Positions 32,121 to 46,344 of a stretch of 64,000 bases of DNA are shown here, piece after piece (within the stretch, counting starts at the first letter, position 1; the number at the start of each line of letters is the position of its first letter). This stretch comes from a virus (Duplodnaviria; Caudoviricetes): IMG/VR virus record IMGVR_UViG_3300029305_003084. The stretch is one strand, 5' to 3'. The notes under the pieces were generated by a model. It had not been told where the DNA came from. It searched no databases and was given only the letters and a program-made list of their open reading frames with translations. The translations under genes and the position numbers were made by a program.

Positions 32121-33783
32121 TAATTCATTAATAGACCATGAAACTATTTCATAAAATGATTTTATTTATATCATTCCCTCTTATTGATACTATCATTATC
32201 AATGATTCATTTTTTTAATAACTGATACAAATACACTCCCATGATTCATTCTGTTCTCATGATACTATGAGTTAGCTTGATTTATTTTTCATCACATGAT
32301 ACTATATTTCTCGATGATTCATTTATCCTGATGTGATGCTTATATTTTTTAACTTAATTCATTCCGTTCTTATGATACTATAAAACGGGACGATTCATTG
32401 AATTAATTTTGGTACTATCAATGACATGATTCATTAGTACTACATGATACAGTTATGTGAAATGATTCATTAGTAAACTATGATACTTTACATTAATTTG
32501 ATTTATTTAATATCGTATTTTACTATGATTTCAATTTGTTACTCATGACTCATTCTTTGGTAAAGATACTATCATATACGTATGATTCATTCTCCTTTTA
32601 TGATACTATTGAAATGATATTGATTTAAGCATTAATGAAATTTGTTACTATGTATATTGCACTCTGATTCATTAAACGGTTTTGATACAATTTTTTTCAT
32701 ATTGATTCGTTTCAGCGTTATGGTACACTCAGTAAATCTGATTCATTTTTATAATATGATACAATTATTATTATATGATTCATAAATACGTCCTGATACT
32801 ATTAATATGGATGATTCATTACCTCACGATGATACTATTTTTGGAACTGATTCATTGTAATTTTGATACTATACTTATCCATGATTCATTTCAACACTCT
32901 GATAATATTGGACCGCCATGATTCATTTAATTACTATGATACTAATAGCTTCGTATGATTCATTAATATCCTCTGTTACTGTTATGATATATGATTCATT
33001 ACATCACCGCGATATTATTGTGACATATGATTCATTAAGTTAATTTTGTTACTATCAACGACATGATTCATTTATCTTCAATGATACTATAATAGAACAT
33101 GATTCATTAATACTACATGATACACTTATGTAAAATGATTCATTTATGTTATATGTTACTATATAGTTGAATGATTTATTTAATACGTTTTATTTCCTGG
33201 ATTCTATATACTTATATGACTCATTCTTTGGTAAAGATACTATTCTATACGTCTGATTCATTCTAATACTATGATACTATATATTTTAATGATTTAAACA
33301 TTATATGAAATTTGTTGCTATATATTTATTGCACTCTGATTCATTCCATTCGTTTGATACAATTTCCCTTGTTGATTCATTTAAGCGTTATGTTACACTC
33401 AGTAGATCTGATTCATTTTCACAATATGATACAATTTCGTTATATGATTCATTCCAACTCTCTGATACTATATAAGATGTTTTGATTCACATTACCCTGG
33501 ACTGATACTATTTTTCTTTTGTTGATTCATTGTAATTTATGATACTATATCTATCCATGATTCATTAGGTTCCTATGTTACTATTATGGGATTTGACTCA
33601 TTCATTTTTATGAAACTTTTCTTGACTTAGATTCATTCAACTTTCTGGTACACTTCAAATATGCTTTGATTCATTTTGTTTCAATGACACTATATTATTC
33701 AATGATTCATTAATTCAAATTGATACGATTCCTCCATATGATTCATTTACTGATATTGATACTAACACCTTTCCTGATTTATG
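32121..33783 (-). ncRNA. Array 1: about 45 x 36-bp dual-repeat/dual-spacer units (TIGR-like)
   Basis: Plus strand TGATTCATT-N9-TGATACTAT-N9 repeated; I count 45 TGATTCATT-like boxes; no ORF; own promoter at 33786-33803 and terminator at 32081-32119. Confidence 0.8.
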
Positions 33784-33825
33784 ATTATAATATATAATTG
33801 AAAATCCTTTTTATTTTTATAAAAT

Positions 33826-33864
33826 AAAATCTATCCAAGTATAAAAATATACTTGGATAGATTT
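33826..33864. terminator. Terminator separating 33876..34358 from array 1
   Basis: AAATCTATCCAAGTATA-AAAA-TATACTTGGATAGATTT. Confidence 0.7.
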
Positions 33865-33875
33865 ATAATAAATAA

Positions 33876-34358
33876 TTAAATCTTAACAGTACCAGTAGGC
33901 TTCTTAGGTAGCTTAACGGGTGCATTAAACTGAGCCTTTGCTTTATCAACAGCCTTCTTAACAGTCTTAGACTTAGAATTAGCTGCCTTAGCAACAGACT
34001 TCTTAGCACGACGAGAACCTTCATTACCATACTTCTTCTCTAGCTTAGCTTCTAGGAAACGTTCCATTTCCCAGATCTTCATTAGCTTCTTGAAATCAGG
34101 ATCATTCTTTTCCTTAGCAATAGTGAAGATTGCCATCTTACGTGCCTTGCTTAGCTTAGCTGCCTTATCTAGACGAACGATAGTACGTTCTAGTAGAACA
34201 TTCTCTTCCATAGCTGCAGACTGTTCAGTCTCGCTTTCTAGGAACATAGAAATATCTTCTTCAGGTAGATCGGCGATCGCTGCCTCTATAATATAAGCCA
34301 TAGCCTCATTGCTGATTGCTTCTTCTTCAACGATACGACCTGTGTTATTAAAGATCAT
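33876..34358 (-). CDS. Abundant late (internal head?) protein, acidic N-terminus and Lys/Ala-rich C-terminus
   Basis: Late promoter 34388-34399; capsid-like codon bias (CTA, AAG). Confidence 0.6.
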   Translation of the reverse strand: MIFNNTGRIVEEEAISNEAMAYIIEAAIADLPEEDISMFLESETEQSAAMEENVLLERTIVRLDKAAKLSKARKMAIFTIAKEKNDPDFKKLMKIWEMERFLEAKLEKKYGNEGSRRAKKSVAKAANSKSKTVKKAVDKAKAQFNAPVKLPKKPTGTVKI

Positions 34359-34520
34359 TTAAGGGCACATCCTTTCTGTATCATAATTATATATTTGTTT
34401 ATTGACTTATTTATCTATAAGTTTTCTTTACATTTTTGTTTTTTATTTAGTTTACAACAATTCAACAAAAGAAAATTTAAATATATATTATATATGTATA
34501 ACGACGAAAGTGGTGATGTT

Positions 34521-36449
34521 ATGGAACATTCGTTCATAAAAGAATGGAAAAAAGAAAATTATAAAATTCTTCATAGAATGTATCCTGAAGTATCTAAAAA
34601 AGAAATTAATAAATTTTTAGATAAAGAGGTTAAAAAATATTTAAAAAATCCTGATTGTGAAATTGATAATAACTATATTGGTAAAACAATTAAAACAAAT
34701 CTATTATCTGTAATTGATTGGATTAAAGATACAAAGCCAATCTGTGCTGGTCATGGTGTATTCTTTAAGAATCAACATGAAGTGATTAGTCCATTGGCTA
34801 TTATGATTCAGAAATTCCTTACATCAAGAAAAGCATTTAAAAAACGATTAAAAGATTTCGATCCTACATCTTATGAATATGCAACATTTGACAGAAAACA
34901 GTTAGCTGAAAAGGTCAATGCAAATGCTATTTATGGTGCATCAGGTAATGTTGTATCGTTCTTATTTAATATGTATACTGCTGCATCTGTTACTGGTAGT
35001 GGTCAGTCATTAATTAGTACAACAGAGCAAGCTTTCGAAGGATTTCTATCAAATAATGTTATATTCAATTCAATTAATGAGTGTTATACGTTTTTAAATA
35101 ATATTCTTAGTGAAAAATATGAAATGAATATGTCATTTTTAAGAAATGTTGACCATGATAAATTAATTAAACGATTAAGTGATATGTTTTATCGAGTAAC
35201 AAATGATGATATTAATAGTATAACTGAATTTGTATGTAATTTATCTCAGGAAGAAATTAATAAGATTTATTATAAAAATAATCTTTATGAATTTTCGATG
35301 CATCCTGAAATATTAGCATTATTAACTAATATTGTCCGATATACAGAAGAATTTAAAGACCCGAATGAGATTCCTGAAGAGTCTGAAGTATATTTAAGTA
35401 AGCTTTGGTCATATTATAAACAGTTTGTATTATATAATCATTCACCGATTAATAGAATCCAAAGATTGAAGAATGACACTAGAAAAACTGTTTTAACAAT
35501 TGATACCGATAGTAACTTCTTACATCTTGATCCTTGGGTTCATTTTATGTATAATAATGTAATCAAAGATGATTATAGATGTGCTGATAAGGATATTGAT
35601 ACATTAAAATTTATTTCAGTTAATACAATGGCATTTTGTATTACGAATATGATGAAAGAAGTGTTGGGTAAGTATACTGCTGATGTAAATATACCTAAAG
35701 ACTATCGTCATTTTATTAATATTAAGAACGAATTCTTAATGTCTAGAGTTATTCTTGCATCTAAAAAGAAAAGATATATTACGTCAATTCGACTTAGAGA
35801 AGGTAGTGAAATTTGGCCAGAAAAGCTAGATACAAAGGGAATGGATTATATGAAATCTACCACTCCAGAAAATGTTAAGGCCAGATTTGAATCTATTATT
35901 AAAACTAGATTACTTGAATCAAAAGAAATCAATCCTGCATTGATTATTCAAGATCTAGCTAAGTTCGAAAAAGAGATTATTGATTCTTTAAAGAATGGTG
36001 AAAAAGAATATCTTATTCCTAAATCCGTAAAGGAGTTAGAAGCATATGCCGATCCATTTAAAGAGCAAGGTGTTCGAGCAATTGCTGCATGGAATTATAT
36101 TTATCCTGATCAAGAAATTAGATTACCTGCAAAAGTTGATCTTGTTAAATTATTATTAACGGATGAAATGGATTTAGAAAAATTAAAAAATGTAAATAGA
36201 GAAGTATATGAAATTGTAAAAGAAAATATTTTCAATAATCCTAATGAAAAAATTGCTAATAAGGGACTAGCAGTATTAGCAGTTCCTAGAAATATTGAGA
36301 AATTGCCTGAATGGACTGTACCATTTATTGATTATGATACAGTCACTTATAATATTTTAAAGAAATTTTATCCTGTATTAGAATCTGTAAACCTAGAAAC
36401 AATTAAAACTTCTGGTAAAGAGTATTACTCGAATATATTAAATATATAA
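34521..36449 (+). CDS. Family B DNA polymerase, C-terminal subunit (motifs B and C)
   Basis: SRKAFKK...Q..EKVNANAIYG, TGSGQ, IDTDS, KKKRY, KGMD; ATG 34521 after early promoter and RBS. Confidence 0.88.
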   Translation: MEHSFIKEWKKENYKILHRMYPEVSKKEINKFLDKEVKKYLKNPDCEIDNNYIGKTIKTNLLSVIDWIKDTKPICAGHGVFFKNQHEVISPLAIMIQKFLTSRKAFKKRLKDFDPTSYEYATFDRKQLAEKVNANAIYGASGNVVSFLFNMYTAASVTGSGQSLISTTEQAFEGFLSNNVIFNSINECYTFLNNILSEKYEMNMSFLRNVDHDKLIKRLSDMFYRVTNDDINSITEFVCNLSQEEINKIYYKNNLYEFSMHPEILALLTNIVRYTEEFKDPNEIPEESEVYLSKLWSYYKQFVLYNHSPINRIQRLKNDTRKTVLTIDTDSNFLHLDPWVHFMYNNVIKDDYRCADKDIDTLKFISVNTMAFCITNMMKEVLGKYTADVNIPKDYRHFINIKNEFLMSRVILASKKKRYITSIRLREGSEIWPEKLDTKGMDYMKSTTPENVKARFESIIKTRLLESKEINPALIIQDLAKFEKEIIDSLKNGEKEYLIPKSVKELEAYADPFKEQGVRAIAAWNYIYPDQEIRLPAKVDLVKLLLTDEMDLEKLKNVNREVYEIVKENIFNNPNEKIANKGLAVLAVPRNIEKLPEWTVPFIDYDTVTYNILKKFYPVLESVNLETIKTSGKEYYSNILNI

Positions 36450-36517
36450 TTAAAAAGTTATTAATACATTAACGTATTGATAATATAAAATTTTTAAATT
36501 AATGGAGGAATTGTATT

Positions 36518-37333
36518 ATGGCAATGATGTATGGTAACAGACAGAATAATCAGAGAGATGGTAAACTAGATATGAATACAAGAGGTATTCAGATGATGAA
36601 TGTTGAAGGTTTTGATCCTGCTACTCTTACCGTTGGTTCTTGGAATGAGATGCTAAGTCTTAGAATTAACCCTGCACTAGATCCTTCTAAGAGAAGTGAA
36701 GGTCGTATGTTCGATTATGAAAGAAACGTAAGTACCTCGTTAAATGCGGAGAATGTAATGATTTTATTAATTAAAATTAAGAATACAGTTCTTCCTGCAA
36801 TTGAAAAGGGTGAAGAAGCATCTGTTGGTTTATTTATGGGTAATGGAGCATCCTTACTGGTGGTTGGTACTGGTAAGAAGCTAACAAATGAAATTCGCCC
36901 TTTCTTAGCAATTCATAAGAATTTAAATGAAAATACTAGAAAACCTGAAATGAGTATGTATTATGAATTTAGAAGAGGCGATGCTATCATCAATTATGAT
37001 GAGAAGACTGGTAACTATGACGTGATGGAATCCGTTCCTGCAGAGCTACATCTATTTATTAAGCTACTAGAAGCTTATTTAATGCATGTTGGTAAGTTTA
37101 ATGTACATTTTCAGAGATATGTAACTAAGTTTTATAATGACAGACTAATGAACACTGTTAATGCAGTTGCCGATAAGGTTGGTGCAAGTGTTAATTTAGC
37201 TGAGGGTAATAAGTATGCTCAAAGAAAAAATATTTTCGGTTCTAACAGCAGTACTTCTAATAGTTACTCTGATGATGCAGACCAGGAAACGTTAAGTGAT
37301 ATTTCTGAACTAGCAAATATGCTTGATCAGTAA
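36518..37333 (+). CDS. Putative single-stranded DNA-binding/replication protein
   Basis: Follows polymerase; strong RBS; low-complexity acidic C-terminal tail. Confidence 0.4.
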   Translation: MAMMYGNRQNNQRDGKLDMNTRGIQMMNVEGFDPATLTVGSWNEMLSLRINPALDPSKRSEGRMFDYERNVSTSLNAENVMILLIKIKNTVLPAIEKGEEASVGLFMGNGASLLVVGTGKKLTNEIRPFLAIHKNLNENTRKPEMSMYYEFRRGDAIINYDEKTGNYDVMESVPAELHLFIKLLEAYLMHVGKFNVHFQRYVTKFYNDRLMNTVNAVADKVGASVNLAEGNKYAQRKNIFGSNSSTSNSYSDDADQETLSDISELANMLDQ

Positions 37334-37406
37334 TTAAATAAAAATATAGCAATGGGATAATAATTTATCCCATTGCTTTTATTTTTTATATTGAGGTGGT
37401 TTTATA

Positions 37407-38102
37407 ATGAGTCAATTTCAAAATGAATGTATATTTATCACATATGAGGATGTTATAAAAACATTTAAACCATTTGTATTACAGAGGTTAATGAGTGATG
37501 AATATAGAAATAATTATAAAGATTTTATTGATTTTACTAACATTGATGGGAAGAATTATGATCAACTGTTGACATTCTGTACGGCAACTCGTCATAGGAA
37601 TATTTTACAAGCAATTGCAAAACAAGATTTTGATTTTGAATCTACATATAATGACTTATATTATACATTTGATGATATTGTAAAAGATTCACCTACTCTA
37701 TTAATGGGGTCAAATTTAGTTATACTATTAAATCAATTATTTGTAAATAAAGTGTATATTTACACAGAAAACTATGATGAACGAATCCGAAACGATGTAT
37801 CATATGTATATAAAGACACAACTAAAATGGAATATATTAGTGGTGATTTTAAAGAAGTTGTAAATTCTATTGATGAAAAAATAACATCATTTATATTGAA
37901 TGATATTAATCGTATTAATGATTTGATTGATATTGATAAAATTTCATATACTAATATATTAGTATTAGATATTGGATATAATTATAATATCGCAGATGAC
38001 TATCAAATATCTTTTAAAATTGATAATTTGGAGCAATTATCTAGAGATAAAATATTTAAACTAGGATTCTTTAAACAATTTGAATTACCTAATAAAGTAT
38101 AA
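37407..38102 (+). CDS. Hypothetical protein
   Basis: ORF with GAGGTG RBS. Confidence 0.55.
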   Translation: MSQFQNECIFITYEDVIKTFKPFVLQRLMSDEYRNNYKDFIDFTNIDGKNYDQLLTFCTATRHRNILQAIAKQDFDFESTYNDLYYTFDDIVKDSPTLLMGSNLVILLNQLFVNKVYIYTENYDERIRNDVSYVYKDTTKMEYISGDFKEVVNSIDEKITSFILNDINRINDLIDIDKISYTNILVLDIGYNYNIADDYQISFKIDNLEQLSRDKIFKLGFFKQFELPNKV

Positions 38103-38156
38103 TTTTATTATACTGAAAACATTTTTTTAACTTATATAAAGGAGGAACCTAATAAA

Positions 38157-39863
38157 ATGGGCAATAATTTAGATTATCAGAGCTATGCTCCTAGTTATGA
38201 TGACCGAAATGAAAATTCCGTAAAATGGAATGTTATTTCTGAAGACGAATTTAAGCATAAAGTTACTCTTGTTTTTAACAAGGTAGCAGAATCTCTTACT
38301 AAAACTCTTGGACCTTATGGTTCTACTACTATCATTGAACGATATGGTGAAATGATGGTAACTAAGGATGGTTGGAATGTCTTAAAGGGTATTCGTTCTA
38401 ATGATCCTGTGTACAATAATATTTTAATGCTACTATGTAGAATTGCAGCACAAGTAGTTATTAAAGTTGGTGATGGTTCTACATCTTCTATTGTAGCAGC
38501 TAACTCAATTTTAAATGAATTAGAATCTGAAGATGAATTTGTAAAATCTTTAAGACCTAAAGACTTTATGAAAATTCTATCTGATTGTGTAAACCGTATT
38601 GTGGAATATATTTATGTCAATTCTACAAAAATCGATAAAAAGAATTTTGATGATATCCGAAATATCGCATACATTGCTACAAATGGTGATGATGAAATTT
38701 CTGATATTATTCATACTATTTATAAAAAGACAAGAAATCCTGCAATTGAATATGTAAAGTCTAAGACTGAAGAAACTACATATGAAATTATTGATGGCTA
38801 TAAGGCAAATATTACTTATCTAGATAATATTTTTACTACTCATGATGATGGTACCTGTGTTATTGATAATCCTTATGTATTAATGTTTAATTATAAGATT
38901 GACCTTGAAACTTATACTAAGGTAATTATTCCTGCTGTAACTAAAGCCAGTGAATCTCATCGCCGTCTAGTAGTTATTGCACCTCATTATGATAAGTATT
39001 TGCTAGATAGTATTAAGAGACATATTCAAGCAGATTTCAGAAATACTGGTAGTTCTGCTATTGTTTATTGTAATGCACCTCTTGTAAATAATATTTCTCA
39101 TGAGATGTATAATGATTTTGCTATTCTATGTGGTGCTGCAGTTATCACTGAGCAAGACATTGAAGATGGTGTATCTATTGACTATGCTATGGGTGCTGTT
39201 GAATCTATGGTAATTGGTCCTAAGACTACACTAATCAGCGGATTTACCAACCGTAATGAGAATATGTATAAAAAGATTCTTGAAGACGCTAATATTAAGT
39301 ATATGAATATGCTTGAAGAAAATCAGAATAAGGGTATTGTTGACATTAAACTAAATGATGTCAAGAATCGTGCAACCAAGCTACAATGTAATATGGGTAT
39401 TATCCATGTTGGTGGTAATACTACTCTTGAAAAGAGTGCAAACTATGACCTTGTAGAGGATGCGATTAAAGCATGTGAATCCGCATATAACTATGGTTAT
39501 AATATTGGTGGAAACCTGATTATTTCTATTGCTATTGATGATATTCTACAGCATATTGAAACTGATGATGTACATCGATATATGTATAAGATTATTAAGA
39601 ATGCGTTTAAACGTGTTCTATTCACTATCTTTGATAATAAATGCGTAATTGAAGATATTAATGAGGATGTAAATAATAAGATTTATAATGAGTGTGTTGC
39701 TAATAGAGTATGTTATAATATCATCAATGAAGAATACTCTGTAGATATTATCAATTCTTGTGAGACTGATATTGAAATTCTAAAAGCAACTGTATCCATT
39801 ATCTCCCTATTAATTTCTAGTAATCAGTACATTTCTATTGAAAGTACAACTGAAATGAATTGA
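38157..39863 (+). CDS. groEL: Phage GroEL-like chaperonin
   Basis: TLGPYG, VTKDG, VGDGSTSS, IATNGD, GIIHVGG.T..E, VEDAIKA, GG motifs; no groES nearby. Confidence 0.9.
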   Translation: MGNNLDYQSYAPSYDDRNENSVKWNVISEDEFKHKVTLVFNKVAESLTKTLGPYGSTTIIERYGEMMVTKDGWNVLKGIRSNDPVYNNILMLLCRIAAQVVIKVGDGSTSSIVAANSILNELESEDEFVKSLRPKDFMKILSDCVNRIVEYIYVNSTKIDKKNFDDIRNIAYIATNGDDEISDIIHTIYKKTRNPAIEYVKSKTEETTYEIIDGYKANITYLDNIFTTHDDGTCVIDNPYVLMFNYKIDLETYTKVIIPAVTKASESHRRLVVIAPHYDKYLLDSIKRHIQADFRNTGSSAIVYCNAPLVNNISHEMYNDFAILCGAAVITEQDIEDGVSIDYAMGAVESMVIGPKTTLISGFTNRNENMYKKILEDANIKYMNMLEENQNKGIVDIKLNDVKNRATKLQCNMGIIHVGGNTTLEKSANYDLVEDAIKACESAYNYGYNIGGNLIISIAIDDILQHIETDDVHRYMYKIIKNAFKRVLFTIFDNKCVIEDINEDVNNKIYNECVANRVCYNIINEEYSVDIINSCETDIEILKATVSIISLLISSNQYISIESTTEMN

Positions 39864-39927
39864 TAATACACTCGGAGGAGGTCTATGAACCTCCTCCGAT
39901 TATACTATCAGAAAGGAGAGTGATTTT

Positions 39928-40695
39928 TTGTTCTATCATCAGTCAATATTCGAATATATGGATAACCCAATGGGTAAAGGTTCTACTGCAATTGCTAATC
40001 GAGGTTTGATTAAATCTAATTTAGATCAGCGGTATAACAACCTTATAGAGAAGCATAAAAATTTTAAATGTGATAAATTTTTTGATGGACAACATTTTTA
40101 TTTTCATTTATTAATTCCTTCTGAAAGTGAAAGAAATAATAAATATGATGTGGTCATTGAATTATCAGATCCATTAGGTGACTTCTCAAAAGATATTACG
40201 TTGAATCGATATGTTATGCGAGTATTTAGTAATTGTCCTTCATTTGTATTTACATATGCATATGTATTTAATAAATATGGGATGTTAATTGAGCCATTAA
40301 AAGTAAAATATACTGATATTATTTTTGATAATCAACCAAATATTAAAAATCCTGGTGAAATTATCAACTTTGAAAAATCAATATATTTTGCATGTAAGTA
40401 TTTAGCTTCTCATAAAACATTATTAAATAAGTTATCTTTAGCAAATGTAACATCTGTTGGTATGAAAAAGAATTTTGAAAAGATTCGTAATACCGATACC
40501 ATATTGAAAGAAATTAAACGAGAAAATCATCGTATTGCTGAAGAAAAAAGAATTAAGAAAAAGTCTAGTGTTTACAAACCACCTAAGACGGATGATATAC
40601 ATAAAGTAAAGGTAGTTAATAAAACGACAGGCTCAAGAAGGGTAACTCCTCATGCCAAAATTAGTAAAATAAAACCGAATAAAAAAATAAAGTAA
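39928..40695 (+). CDS. Hypothetical protein between chaperonin and RNAP specificity subunit
   Basis: 255 aa ORF, RBS, FSNCPSFVFTY motif, basic tail. Confidence 0.55.
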   Translation: MFYHQSIFEYMDNPMGKGSTAIANRGLIKSNLDQRYNNLIEKHKNFKCDKFFDGQHFYFHLLIPSESERNNKYDVVIELSDPLGDFSKDITLNRYVMRVFSNCPSFVFTYAYVFNKYGMLIEPLKVKYTDIIFDNQPNIKNPGEIINFEKSIYFACKYLASHKTLLNKLSLANVTSVGMKKNFEKIRNTDTILKEIKRENHRIAEEKRIKKKSSVYKPPKTDDIHKVKVVNKTTGSRRVTPHAKISKIKPNKKIK

Positions 40696-40749
40696 TTTAT
40701 GAATATATATTATAATAGTATACGCGGGCAACAAGGAGGAGAAACAACT

Positions 40750-43852
<3,103 letters not shown>

Positions 43853-43953
43853 TTTAAAATACTTCTGCAGAGTTATTTTAAACACGATGACTAGTAAAGA
43901 TATATTTATGTATCTTTACTAGTCATAATTTATTTTAAAAGGAGAAATTTATT

Positions 43954-45156
43954 ATGGTTACTAAAGCACTATTTGCAAAATATTTAAAATCTAAAATTGA
44001 AAGTGTATATTATCGCATATCGAATGATAAAGTTGTTGGATTTTATGGAATTAAGCTGTATGGTGATATAACTTATGATATGAGAAATTATATGCCATCT
44101 TATTGTGATATTTATTTAGTAAGTGTTAGTGATGATTATCGATTTTATGATGATAATCATAATTATTCTGTTGAACACATATCGAATCGATATGCAGAAA
44201 CAATTATGTCTAGAATAAATGGTAACGATTTTTTAAAATTTGAAATTTGGGTAGTTGATGGAGAAAGTAATCTTAGATTAATCGAGTATGAAAAGCATGG
44301 TAATAAACTAGAACATGTACTTCATAAATTAATTCATAAAAGTGAAGTTTCTCAAACTTTATTTTAATTTCAACGTATTATTAATAAATATATAGGAGGA
44401 ATTTATATTATGAATGAATTTGCATTTGGAAATTATTTACGACCCAAACTTAGTATCATCCATTCATATAATTCAAGTGGTCAAGTATGGAGTTATTATG
44501 GTTTAAATATCACTGAAGAATATAGTAATGAAATTATGATTCCATCATATTGTGATGCGTACTTAGTATTAGTTGACAATAAATATCGATTTTATGATAA
44601 ACACAAATACTCGTTTAAAATAATTTCACAAGATTATGCTCATGCTATTACATTAAGTAAGACATATGAAAATTTTATAGATTTTGAAATTTGGATAAAG
44701 GATAAAAATAATTATACTACATATTACACGTTTAATAAGTTTTCTGACACAACTAAAAATATGATCATTAAACTAATTAGTGATTTTGAAAGTTACGAAG
44801 ATAATAACAGTGAGTTCAGCATGATTCCAAAAACATGTTTTAGTAAATATAAGACATTAGAATATATGCAGTATAAACATGTGAATGACAGAGAAATTAA
44901 AGAATGGGTTGGTTCTGCAACTATTATTAATAATGGTATCCATTCACCTAGAAAGACTGTAAAAGCTGGTCATATTATTGATAAGAACAAAGTAGTTCAT
45001 CAGTTATATATGAATGATTATATTTTACGAACATCTGAAGAAAATGTATTTGTTATTATTTCTGAAGATGTATTTAATAGATTATTTGAGCCTTATGGTG
45101 ATGATGAAAGTTATGAGTTAATTCATAATATGGATGAGGAAGGTTGTCAAATGTGA
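43954..45156 (+). CDS. Two paralogous hypothetical proteins (43954-44367, 44410-45156)
   Basis: Shared YG....PSYCD.YLV.V...YRFYD...YS...IS..YA..I......F..FEIW. Confidence 0.6.
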
Positions 45157-46184
45157 ATGAATATGAAACTAAAGTAGAAATTGTTGATAAATTATTAAGC
45201 TTACCATATGCTCATCGAGTTAATCATAATCAGATTGCATTACGATGTGCATTTTGTGGAGATTCTAAAAAAGACCCACGAAAGACAAGATTTTATGTGC
45301 AAACTAATATAAATTCTGATATACCTATGTTGTACAATTGCTTTAACTGTGGTGTATCAGGTATTATAACCCCTCAAGTATTAAGAACTTTTGAAATTAA
45401 TGATCTATCATTAAATAGTAGTTTATTATCATTGAATAAATCGATTAGTCATAAATCAGCAAAGTCATTAAAAATAAAAGATAATAAATTATCATTAAAA
45501 GTTCCTATTCCATTAAATACAAAAAATAATAAAGATAAAAAACTATATATTGAAAATAGACTAGGGCGACAGTTTACTACAGATGAATTAGTTCAGTTGA
45601 AAACTATATTCAGTCTTGAGCAATTATTGGTAAAAAATAATATCAATGAATTAACATGTAATTCAGACGTTGCAAATTTATTAAATGATGAGTATGTTGG
45701 TTTTTTAACAGTAGATAATGGGCATATAATATATCGGGATATTACCAATAAAAATAAATTCAGATATAATAAATATTCAATTATACCAACATTGGATACA
45801 TCTAAGAAGTTTTATACAATCCCAAATCAGATTGATATAGTTTCTTCTGAACCAATATATATCCATATTGCTGAAGGAATTTTTGATATACTTGGTGTAT
45901 ATTATCATATTAAAAATGAGAAAAAAAAGAACCATATATACATTGCATCGTGCGATAGTTCATTTTTATTACCATTAAAATATTTTATTGGTAATGGGTT
46001 GATTGGTGACAATATACATATTGAGATGTATTCAGATAGTGATCATGAACCATATTTTTATCATAAGTTAAATAAAGAATTAAAACCCTGGGTTAACAGT
46101 ATTAAATTATTTTATAATTCAAAAGAAAAAGATTTTGGTGTTCCAAAATCCTCCATTAATTTAATCAAAAAAACGATCCCTTAA
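45144..46184 (+). CDS. DNA primase (Zn finger + TOPRIM)
   Basis: RCAFCGDS...YNCFNCG zinc-binding domain; IAEGIFD, YSDSD, KDFG. Confidence 0.85.
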   Translation: MSNVNEYETKVEIVDKLLSLPYAHRVNHNQIALRCAFCGDSKKDPRKTRFYVQTNINSDIPMLYNCFNCGVSGIITPQVLRTFEINDLSLNSSLLSLNKSISHKSAKSLKIKDNKLSLKVPIPLNTKNNKDKKLYIENRLGRQFTTDELVQLKTIFSLEQLLVKNNINELTCNSDVANLLNDEYVGFLTVDNGHIIYRDITNKNKFRYNKYSIIPTLDTSKKFYTIPNQIDIVSSEPIYIHIAEGIFDILGVYYHIKNEKKKNHIYIASCDSSFLLPLKYFIGNGLIGDNIHIEMYSDSDHEPYFYHKLNKELKPWVNSIKLFYNSKEKDFGVPKSSINLIKKTIP

Positions 46185-46344
46185 GACTGGATGAGCAACC
46201 AGTCTTAAGGGATATATTATGGAGGAATAAAACGAACAATGAAGAAAACCGAAAGAAAAAAAAATAAAGAAGTGAGTAGTCTTCTTTATCTTAATGTTAT
46301 ATTTTTTATCGTCCCGTTAACAATTAATTAAAATGAATAAATAG

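Noticed and set aside
32121-33783. Array 1 as a CRISPR array
   Set aside because: Two alternating 9-bp repeats with 9-nt spacers; no 23-47-bp repeat, no ~30-bp spacers, no cas genes in the window
33876-34358. Adjacent ORF as the array's effector
   Set aside because: Late promoter, structural-type codon usage, separated from the array by a terminator, no Nop or nuclease motifs
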